Shown: in pieces, positions 31,644 through 39,507 of the stretch
Layout of the letters: every line of letters begins with the position of its first letter
Position numbering within the stretch: the stretch's first letter is position 1
Assembly: GCA_036567845.1 (NCBI GenBank)
Contig: DATCTT010000376.1
Span: forward strand, 1 to 53,401
DNA: 53,401 nucleotides
DNA from: Candidatus Ozemobacteraceae bacterium
GTDB lineage: Bacteria; Muiribacteriota; Ozemobacteria; Ozemobacterales; Ozemobacteraceae
Reading direction: 5' to 3'
Translations under genes and position numbers: made by a program
Notes under the pieces: model-generated
The model's input: only the letters and a program-made list of their open reading frames with translations
The model's database searches: none
What the model was told of the DNA's origin: nothing

Positions 31644-34028
31644 ATGAAGATTCTGTTGAGCTGGCTTCGTGATTACATCGATATTCAGGTCACTCCCGAG
31701 CAGATCGCCGACGCCCTGCAGATGGCCGGCATCGAAGTCGAGTCGATCCATCAGCCCGGGAAGGGCCTTTCCAAGGTCGTCGTCGGCCAGATTCTCACCC
31801 GCGGCCCCCATCCCAATGCCGATAAACTGTCGATCTGCACCGTGAACGTCGGAGCGGCTGATCCGCTGAAAATCGTCTGCGGCGCCCCGAACTGCGACGC
31901 CGGCAACAAGGTGCCCGTCGCAATGATCGGCGCCTCGCTTCCCACCGGCTTTGAGATCAGGAAGGCGAAGATCCGGGGCGAGGAGTCGTTCGGTATGATG
32001 TGCAGCCGGCGCGAGCTCGGTATCAGCGACGAGCACGAGGGGCTCTGGCTCCTCCCGCCGGAAGCAAATATCGGCGAAGATATTGTGAAGGCCGCCGGCA
32101 TGGATGATGTGATCTTCGAGATCAGCATCACCCCGAACCGCGGCGACGCGCTTTCTCATCTCGGCATCGCCCGCGAGCTCTCGGCAATCTTCAACCTGCC
32201 GCTCCATCGCGAGGGCCTTGCCGGCCACGCCGGGGAAGGCGACGTCTCGTCCCAGACCAGCGTCACGATCGAGGCCCCCGACCTGTGCCCCCGGTACGGC
32301 GCGCGCATCGTCCGAAACGTCAGGGTCGGCCCCAGCCCCCGCTGGATGAAGGACCGTCTCGAGAAGGTCGGCCTGCGGGCGATCAACAATGTCGTGGATG
32401 TCACAAATTATATATTGATGGATATTGGTCATCCGATGCACGCGTTCGACCTTGACCGGCTCGAGGAGAACCGGATCGTCGTGCGACGCGCTTCCGAGGG
32501 CGAGAAGATCCGCACCCTCGATGGGACCGACCGCAAACTGACCTCCGAAATGCTCGTCATCGCCGATGCGGCCCAGCCGGTAGCGATAGCGGGTGTCATG
32601 GGCGGCTTCAACACGATGGTCACCGACGCGACATCGAGCATCCTGCTCGAGGCGGCCGTGTTCGATCCGATCAGCGTCCGGAAGACCTCGAAGCAGCTCG
32701 CCCTGATGTCCGACTCGTCATACCGGTTCGAGCGCGGCACGAACATTGACAACGTGCCGATCGCCCTCAACGAGGCGGCACGCCTTCTGGGCGAGATCGC
32801 CGGCGGCAAGGCCGCGGCAGGTATCGTCGATGCCTACCCCGCCCCCGCCCCCCTGAAACGGCTCATGCTGCGCACACGGCGTACCTGCCGCCTCATCGGG
32901 GTCGACCTGAAGCCGCAGCAGATCGAAACCCTGCTCCTGCGCCTCAAGTTCGAGGTGACGCGCGAAGGCGAGACGCTGTGGGTCGGCGTGCCGCCCTACC
33001 GGCACGACATCGAGCAGGAGGCCGACCTGATCGAAGAGGTCGCCCGCCTCTACGGCTACAACAACATCCCGGCGAAGCTGCCCGCGATTTCGGCCGCGCC
33101 ACGTCTGGAAACCCCGCTTCAGGCCCTGACAAAACGCATCCGCGACCATCTCACCAGCCTCGGCCTGCATGAAACGATGACCTACAGCTTCATCCCGGCC
33201 GCCACGCCGGCCGAATTGGCCGAAGGCGAGCCCCTGAAACTCCAGAATCCGCTTTCCGAAGAACTGGCCGTGATGCGCACCGGTCTCCTGTCCGGCATGA
33301 TCGATGCGGTCAAACGCAACGTGATGGCCGATGAGTATGACCTGCCGCTGTTCGAGATGGGCCGTGTCTTCCACCGCGGTGCCGGCGGCCTGTCGCAGGA
33401 GTTCGACCGGCTCTGCATCGGCCTGTGCGGCTCCGCCAACGCCTCCGACTGGCACCGCAGCCGTGAACCGAATGACCTCTACCGGCTCAAGGGGCTGGTC
33501 ACCACGATCGGCCACCTCGCCGGCCAGCAGATCCAGTTCAAGCCCGGCACTTCGCCCGCCCTGCATCCTTCCTGCCAGTTCCAGGTGCTCGTCGGCAACA
33601 AGCCTGCTGGCATTCTCGGCCAGATTAATCCCAAATGGCTCGACAACCGCAAGCTGCCACGGGAGATCTTCTTCGCCGAGATCGACATCGGCCTGATCGC
33701 TTCCCTGCCTCGTCCGATGCCCCGATTCAAGGCGATTCCCGAGTTCCCGGCCATCCGTCGCGACCTCGCCCTGCTGCTTCCCGTAACGATACAGCACGAC
33801 CAGGTGATCGGCATCGTGAAGGCGGAAGCGGGTCCCCTGCTCGAAGACGTGCGCCTGTTCGACGTGTATCAGGGAAAAGGCCTCGAGCCGGGCCGCCGCT
33901 CCCTCGCTTTTTCGTTGACATTCCGCTCGCCCGAGCGCACTCTTACAGAAGAGGATGTTCAACCCCGCATCGACGCCGTCGTCGCAAAAATAGGCCGGGA
34001 CCTCGATGGCCGCCTGCGAGACAAGTGA
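31644..34028 (+). CDS. pheT: Phenylalanine--tRNA ligase beta subunit.
   Basis: MKILLSWLRDYIDI... N-terminus, tRNA-binding/B3-4/B5/FDX-ACB domain order and an 794-aa length. It immediately follows pheS. Confidence 0.9.
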   Translation: MKILLSWLRDYIDIQVTPEQIADALQMAGIEVESIHQPGKGLSKVVVGQILTRGPHPNADKLSICTVNVGAADPLKIVCGAPNCDAGNKVPVAMIGASLPTGFEIRKAKIRGEESFGMMCSRRELGISDEHEGLWLLPPEANIGEDIVKAAGMDDVIFEISITPNRGDALSHLGIARELSAIFNLPLHREGLAGHAGEGDVSSQTSVTIEAPDLCPRYGARIVRNVRVGPSPRWMKDRLEKVGLRAINNVVDVTNYILMDIGHPMHAFDLDRLEENRIVVRRASEGEKIRTLDGTDRKLTSEMLVIADAAQPVAIAGVMGGFNTMVTDATSSILLEAAVFDPISVRKTSKQLALMSDSSYRFERGTNIDNVPIALNEAARLLGEIAGGKAAAGIVDAYPAPAPLKRLMLRTRRTCRLIGVDLKPQQIETLLLRLKFEVTREGETLWVGVPPYRHDIEQEADLIEEVARLYGYNNIPAKLPAISAAPRLETPLQALTKRIRDHLTSLGLHETMTYSFIPAATPAELAEGEPLKLQNPLSEELAVMRTGLLSGMIDAVKRNVMADEYDLPLFEMGRVFHRGAGGLSQEFDRLCIGLCGSANASDWHRSREPNDLYRLKGLVTTIGHLAGQQIQFKPGTSPALHPSCQFQVLVGNKPAGILGQINPKWLDNRKLPREIFFAEIDIGLIASLPRPMPRFKAIPEFPAIRRDLALLLPVTIQHDQVIGIVKAEAGPLLEDVRLFDVYQGKGLEPGRRSLAFSLTFRSPERTLTEEDVQPRIDAVVAKIGRDLDGRLRDK

Positions 34029-34061
34029 CAGACACGTGCACGGCGTCCAGGGAGGATCGTC

Positions 34062-34388
34062 ATGAGCGAACTGTATCAGATATGTCTCGATCAGGCCGTC
34101 GCGCAATTTATTGCCCTTGCTATCATCGGCCTGGTCTCCGGCGCCTGGGTCTACCGTCTCTGGTCCAACGCCCAACTCGCCCATGTAAAGCTAACGTTCG
34201 GAGAAAATCTGCAGATCTATATCTTCGGGGCTGCAGCCCTGATCGTCGCCATGATCATGTTCGGGTATATCGCCTTCCCCGGGAATGCGGACGCTCTCAT
34301 GGAGGCCCTCGGACTCAAGTATCCCCTGATGACGCTCACGCATTTTGTCCAGAGAGGTATGCTCTGGTTTGTGCGGCTCATGATGTGA
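34062..34388 (+). CDS. Hypothetical small membrane protein (108 aa, 2-3 TM segments).
   Basis: ORF in the gap between pheT and the next gene, preceded by GGAGGA. Hydrophobic segments are present. No recognisable family. Confidence 0.35.
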   Translation: MSELYQICLDQAVAQFIALAIIGLVSGAWVYRLWSNAQLAHVKLTFGENLQIYIFGAAALIVAMIMFGYIAFPGNADALMEALGLKYPLMTLTHFVQRGMLWFVRLMM

Positions 34389-34480
34389 GCCTGGTCGACC
34401 TACACCGCCGGCTGACGGATGACAATCCGCAGCCGGCGGTTTCCGTTCAAGGAAGCAGCAAAACGCATATGGAGGATGGT

Positions 34481-36790
34481 ATGAGACGCATTCCGCTGAT
34501 TCTTCTCCTGATCCTTGGGCTGGTCATCAGCCTCGGACGCCCCCTGTGGGCCGACGGGATGATCATCCCGTTCGACCCGGAGGATCCCCGTCGTGAGCGG
34601 GTCATCTTCCGGCCACCGATGCCCGAGCAAAACTTCACCGTCCCGATGTCGGTTACGCGGCACCACGTGAGCGTCGAGATCAAGGATATCGCAGCGACGA
34701 CGAAAGTCGACCAGGCGTTCTACAATCACGAGAACCGGGTCGTCGAGGGGCTGTATATCTTTCCGCTTCCGATCGGGGCCTCGATCAGCGGCTTCGCGAT
34801 GGACATCGAGGGCAGGATGACGAAGGGCGAGCTGCTCGACTCGGACAAAGCACGTTCTATCTATGAGAATATCGTTCGCCAGATGCGTGACCCGGGTCTG
34901 CTGGAATTTTTCGGGACCGGGCTGTTCAAGACCCGCATTTACCCGATCGAGCCCTTGAAGGAAAAGCAGGTGAAGATCGAGTATCAGGAAGCCCTGCGCG
35001 CAGAAGGGAATCTCGTGCGGTACGTGTATCCGCTGAACATCGAGCGGTTCTCGCAGGAGCCGATGAAGGACGTCTCGATTGAGATCAAGCTGACCTCGAA
35101 GACGCCGATCACGACGATCTACTCCCCCACCCACCCAATTTCGGTGAAGAAGAACGGGGATTACGCCGCGACGATCGGGTTCGAGGCCGACACCATCCGG
35201 CCCGACAAGGACTTCGTGCTCTACTACGCGCTTTCCCAGAAGGATCTGTCGATGTCGTTTCTGGCCAACCGGCCCGATCCGAGCGAGGACGGCAGTTTCA
35301 TGGTCATGCTCGCCCCGCGCAGCGAGCTGCAGCAGGCGGCGATGCCGGCGATCGACGTGGCGCTCGTGCTCGACACCTCGGGGAGCATGGCCGGCCCCAA
35401 GATGGACCAGGCCCGCAAGGCGCTCGAATTCTGCGTGAACGCGCTCAAGAAAGGCGACCGGTTCAATCTGATCAATTTCTCGACGGACGTCGACGGGTAC
35501 AAGAATGAGTTGCTCGAGATGGACGACAAGACCCGCGCCGGGGCGCTCGAGTATATCAAGCGGCTCGAGCCGGTCGGCGGCACGAATATATCCGATGCTC
35601 TCTTGAAAGCGATCCGCCAGCTCGAGGAGAAGAAGAGCGACCGCCCGTCGTTCATCGTCTTCGTTACCGACGGCAAGCCGACGGCCGGCCTGACCGAGCC
35701 CGAGGAGATCATCCGCGAGATCAAGTCGGCGAATGACAAGCGCATCCGCATCTTCACGTTCGGGGTCGGCGACCAGCTCAACGCCCCGTTGCTCGACCGG
35801 CTGGCCGACGAGCATGGCGGCGCCTCGGATTACGTTTCGGAGAGCGAAGACATCGAGGCGAAGGTCTCCGGCCTCTTCTCGAAGCTCACACATCCGGTCA
35901 TGACCGACGTGAGCCTGATGATCCGGAACGTCGACGTCTCCCAGATGTATCCGCAGCGGATTCCCGACATCTTCAAGGGAAGCACCGTTACGGTTCTCGG
36001 CCGGTATCGCGGCCCCGGTGACGCGCTCGTGACCCTGACCGGCAGCATCGACGGCAAGCCCGTCAAGCTCGACTACGAGGCCTCCTTCCCCGAACGGGAA
36101 ACCGAGAACGGCTTCGTCTCGCGCATCTGGGCCACCCGCAAGATCGGGTTCCTGCTCGACCAGATCCGCAAGAGCGGCGCCGACGAGGAGCTCAAGAACG
36201 AGATCGTGACGCTTGCCAAGAGATACGGCATTCTCACCCCCTATACCTCGTATCTCGTCGTCGAAGACAAGGAGCTGCCCGGCCCGAATCTGCGCCGCGT
36301 CATGGCCCCACCGCCCTCCGCCGGCGAGCCCGGCCCCTTCCTCGAGGAGGCCAAGGCCAGGTTTGACGGCCTCAGCAGCGCCCAGGAAGGCGCAGACGCC
36401 GTGTCGGCGGCCCGGGAGATGAACGTGATGAAATCCGCCGAGGCGCCGGTTCCCTCCCCATCGGTTGGCGGTTCGTCTGGACGCGGGTTCAGCAGTCCGG
36501 CTTCCCGCCAAGCGCTGTCGGGCGGTCTCAAAGCCCCAACCTCGCGCGAGATCGGGGACCGCACCTTTTATCTGCTCGAAGGGAAGTGGGTCGATGGCTC
36601 GGTGAAATCCGAAAAACCCGACCTGAAGATCAAGGCCTACTCGGCAGCTTATTTCGAACTCGCGAAGAAATACCCCGCGACCAACAAGTATCTGGCTCTC
36701 GGCGACCGCCTGGTTCTCAAGATCGAAGGCAAGACGGTCGAGATCACAACCGATGAAGGAGTGACGGAAGCCGCCGATCTCGGTTTCTGA
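34481..36790 (+). CDS. Secreted VIT (vault protein inter-alpha-trypsin) plus von Willebrand factor type A (vWA) domain protein of about 770 aa.
   Basis: Signal peptide MRRIPLILLLILGLVISLGRPLWADG. The N-terminal third (..VEGLYIFPLP..A.ISGFAMDIEGRM..GEL..) is VIT-like. vWA MIDAS motifs are present: DVALVLDTSGSM, GGTNISDAL and FIVFVTDGKPT. ATG at 34481 after GGAGGA. The listed ORF start at 33635 is only an upstream read-through of pheT. Confidence 0.7.
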   Translation: MRRIPLILLLILGLVISLGRPLWADGMIIPFDPEDPRRERVIFRPPMPEQNFTVPMSVTRHHVSVEIKDIAATTKVDQAFYNHENRVVEGLYIFPLPIGASISGFAMDIEGRMTKGELLDSDKARSIYENIVRQMRDPGLLEFFGTGLFKTRIYPIEPLKEKQVKIEYQEALRAEGNLVRYVYPLNIERFSQEPMKDVSIEIKLTSKTPITTIYSPTHPISVKKNGDYAATIGFEADTIRPDKDFVLYYALSQKDLSMSFLANRPDPSEDGSFMVMLAPRSELQQAAMPAIDVALVLDTSGSMAGPKMDQARKALEFCVNALKKGDRFNLINFSTDVDGYKNELLEMDDKTRAGALEYIKRLEPVGGTNISDALLKAIRQLEEKKSDRPSFIVFVTDGKPTAGLTEPEEIIREIKSANDKRIRIFTFGVGDQLNAPLLDRLADEHGGASDYVSESEDIEAKVSGLFSKLTHPVMTDVSLMIRNVDVSQMYPQRIPDIFKGSTVTVLGRYRGPGDALVTLTGSIDGKPVKLDYEASFPERETENGFVSRIWATRKIGFLLDQIRKSGADEELKNEIVTLAKRYGILTPYTSYLVVEDKELPGPNLRRVMAPPPSAGEPGPFLEEAKARFDGLSSAQEGADAVSAAREMNVMKSAEAPVPSPSVGGSSGRGFSSPASRQALSGGLKAPTSREIGDRTFYLLEGKWVDGSVKSEKPDLKIKAYSAAYFELAKKYPATNKYLALGDRLVLKIEGKTVEITTDEGVTEAADLGF

Positions 36791-36808
36791 CCCGTTTCAC
36801 GCACTCTG

Positions 36809-36843
36809 CCGCGGCCCGGTTCCCCGGGTCGCGGTTCTTTTTT
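36809..36843 (+). terminator. Rho-independent terminator (ccgcggcccgg-ttcc-ccgggtcgcgg followed by TTCTTTTTT).
   Basis: 11-bp GC stem with one wobble position, then a T-tract. Confidence 0.75.
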
Positions 36844-36923
36844 GCTTTCCTCCCGTTTCGAGAAGTGTGCTATCATGCCCCGGAAACAAGCCACAGGACA
36901 AGGAAAGGAGTTCGCCGCGCGTC

Positions 36924-38213
36924 ATGGAAAAATTCATCAGCCTGATCGGAATTCCGCTTCAGATCGGAATCTGCTACGCCCTCTCGACGAACCGCAAGAA
37001 GATCAACTGGGTTCTCGTCGCCGCGGGTATTATCCTCCAGTTCACCTTTGCACTCCTGATCCTCAAGACGGCGCCGGGCCGCTCCTTCTTCGAGTTCATG
37101 AACACCGTCGTCAACACGATCCTCAATTTCACCGGGGAAGGCGCCGCGTTCGTCTTCGGACCGCTCGCGAGCAGCGCCGGAGAAAAGAGCGTCGGCTTCA
37201 TCTTCGCGTTCCAGGTGCTGCCGACCATCGTGTTCTTCTCGGCCTTCATGACGCTGCTGTACCATCTCGGGATCATGCAGCGGCTCGTCTACGCTATCGC
37301 GCTCGTGATGCAGAAGACGATGAAAACCTCGGGAGCCGAGTCGCTGAGCGCCGCGGCAAACATCTTTGTTGGCCAGACCGAAGCCCCGCTCGTCATCAAG
37401 CCGTATGTCGCGAAGATGACGCTGTCCGAGCTCAACTGCGTGATGGTCGGCGGCATGGCGACGATCGCAGGCGGGGTCATGGCGGCCTACGTCGGCATGA
37501 TGCGCGAGCATTTCCCGGACATCGCCGGCCACTTGATGGCCGCCTCGGTCATGTCGGCCCCGGCGGCGATGGTGTTTGCCAAGATCATGGTTCCCGAGGA
37601 CGGCGAGCCGGAAACTTCCGGCAAGGTCGAGCTGAAAATCGAGAAGATCGACCAGAACGTGATCGATGCAGCCGCCCGCGGCGCCTCCGAGGGCATGGGC
37701 CTGGCCATCAACGTTCTGGCCATGCTGATCGCCTTCATCGCCCTGATCGCGATGGGGAATCATGTCTGGGGGCTTCTCTGCGCCGGCGTGACGAAGGTGT
37801 CGGGTCTCGATCTGACCAAGATGGACACCCTCAATGAGCTGCTTGGGTATCTGAACATGCCGTTTGCCTGGATGATGGGCGTTCCCAGCCAGGATCTGAT
37901 GATCGCCGGCCAGCTGCTCGGCGAAAAGACGGTTCTGAACGAGTTCGTCGCCTATGCTCATCTCGGCGAGATCGTGAATAGTAACACGTATCTGGGCCAG
38001 GCAGTTTCTCTCCAGCCCCGCACCTGGGTCATTCTGACCTACGCCTGCTGCGGCTTCGCCAACTTCGGCTCGATCGGCATCCAGCTCGGCGGCATCGGCG
38101 GCCTCGCTCCGCATCGCCGCGGCGATCTGGCCAATCTCGGCATCCGCGCCCTGATCGCCGGCACCTTTGCCAGTTATCTGACCGCCAACATCGCCGGAGT
38201 CCTCATCGACTGA
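36924..38213 (+). CDS. Concentrative nucleoside transporter (CNT / NupC family).
   Basis: N-terminal Gate/Nucleos_tra2-like region, the central ...AAANIFVGQTEAPL... motif and the C-terminal NEFVAY..L conserved block of CNTs. ATG at 36924 after AGGAAAGGAG. Confidence 0.7.
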   Translation: MEKFISLIGIPLQIGICYALSTNRKKINWVLVAAGIILQFTFALLILKTAPGRSFFEFMNTVVNTILNFTGEGAAFVFGPLASSAGEKSVGFIFAFQVLPTIVFFSAFMTLLYHLGIMQRLVYAIALVMQKTMKTSGAESLSAAANIFVGQTEAPLVIKPYVAKMTLSELNCVMVGGMATIAGGVMAAYVGMMREHFPDIAGHLMAASVMSAPAAMVFAKIMVPEDGEPETSGKVELKIEKIDQNVIDAAARGASEGMGLAINVLAMLIAFIALIAMGNHVWGLLCAGVTKVSGLDLTKMDTLNELLGYLNMPFAWMMGVPSQDLMIAGQLLGEKTVLNEFVAYAHLGEIVNSNTYLGQAVSLQPRTWVILTYACCGFANFGSIGIQLGGIGGLAPHRRGDLANLGIRALIAGTFASYLTANIAGVLID

Positions 38214-38421
38214 CCTCTGGTGGCATCAGGCGCCCTCCCCGGGCACCCCTGAGCCGGGAAAAATCAGAAAATGCCACGCAGGGGCGGGTTTGTAACCCGC
38301 CCCTGCCCTATGTCAGGCAATCCTCCGAATGACGGATGTCGAAGATTTTCGGACATTCCGTGCCAGGAGTAAATGTGCTATCATTCCCGCATTCCATGCA
38401 CTGTTCTAGGAGGCCGTTCAC

Positions 38422-39507
38422 ATGAAAATCGGGCTGGCGGGACTTCCGATGTCCGGCAAGACCACCCTCTTCAACATGGCGACCCGCGCCCAGGCGCAGG
38501 TTCGCGATTTTCTCGCCCAGAGCGACGAGGTGAACACGGGGGTCATCAAGGTTCCCGACGGCCGTCTGGACTACCTGACCGGCATCTACAAGCCGAAAAA
38601 GACGATCCACGCGACCGTCGAGTTCACCGACATCCCCGGCGTCAGCAAGGATGAGAAGGGCTTCTCGAGCAAGACGCTGGCGAACATCCGTACCTGCGAC
38701 GCCCTGATGCTCGTGATCCGCCTGTTCGGCGGCAGTGACGTCCCCCACGTGCACGACCGGATCGACCCGGCCGAGGATCTCGAGGAGCTTCTGCTCGAGT
38801 TCGTCTTCTCGGATCTCGAGATCGTCCAGAACAAGATCGAGCGTGCCCAGAAAGAGCTGAAAGCCGGCAAGAAACCCGAACTCCTCCGGGAAATCGAACT
38901 GATGGAACGGCTGAAAAAGACCCTCGAGGAGAACAAGCTGATTGCCAGCCTCGAGCTGTCGGCTGAAGACGAAGGCCTGATGCGCGGCTTCCGGTTCCTG
39001 ACCCAGAAGCCGATGATGCTGGTCGGCAACTGTTCCGAGGAGCAGTTGAAGAGCACGGGCGATCCGATCGTCGCGAAATTCAACGCCGCCTGCGCGAAGC
39101 ACGGCTGGCCGAACCTGATCATCGCCGGCAAAACCGAGATGGAGATCTCGGGCCTCTCCCCCGAGGAGGAGGCGACGTTCCTCAAGGAGTATGGCATCAC
39201 CGAATCCGGCCGGGACCGTCTGATCAAGGAAGCATACCGTATTTTGAACTATATTTCGTTCCTGACGGTCGGCGAAGACGAAGTGCGGGCGTGGCCGATC
39301 CAGCGCAACACCCGTGCGCAGAAGGCGGCCGGACGCATCCATTCTGACATCGAGCGTGGCTTCATCCGTGCCGAAGTGGTCGCCTACAAGGATTTCGTCG
39401 AGAAGGGCGGCATGGCCGGAGTGAAGCAGGCCGGCCTGATGCGGCTCGAGGGGAAGGAATATCCGGTGGAGGACGGTGACATCATCAACTTCCGGTTCAA
39501 CGTCTAA
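38422..39507 (+). CDS. ychF: Redox-regulated ATPase YchF (Obg-family P-loop NTPase).
   Basis: MKIGLAGLPMSGKTTLFN (the G1 motif), the DIPG G3 motif, the NxxE motif NCSE and the C-terminal TGS domain (...EVVAYKDFVE...). Confidence 0.85.
   Translation: MKIGLAGLPMSGKTTLFNMATRAQAQVRDFLAQSDEVNTGVIKVPDGRLDYLTGIYKPKKTIHATVEFTDIPGVSKDEKGFSSKTLANIRTCDALMLVIRLFGGSDVPHVHDRIDPAEDLEELLLEFVFSDLEIVQNKIERAQKELKAGKKPELLREIELMERLKKTLEENKLIASLELSAEDEGLMRGFRFLTQKPMMLVGNCSEEQLKSTGDPIVAKFNAACAKHGWPNLIIAGKTEMEISGLSPEEEATFLKEYGITESGRDRLIKEAYRILNYISFLTVGEDEVRAWPIQRNTRAQKAAGRIHSDIERGFIRAEVVAYKDFVEKGGMAGVKQAGLMRLEGKEYPVEDGDIINFRFNV

Noticed and set aside
32718-34184. 488-aa minus-strand ORF
   Set aside because: Antisense to pheT.
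33635-34480. N-terminal 280-codon extension of the VIT-vWA ORF
   Set aside because: It is only an open frame running through the 3' end of pheT and the small membrane ORF. The real start is the ATG at 34481, with an RBS and a signal peptide.
34400-36511. 703-aa ORF on the minus strand
   Set aside because: It is entirely antisense to the VIT-vWA gene. It has an Arg/Gly/Ala/Pro-rich composition typical of high-GC shadow frames, no RBS, and its start falls inside another gene.
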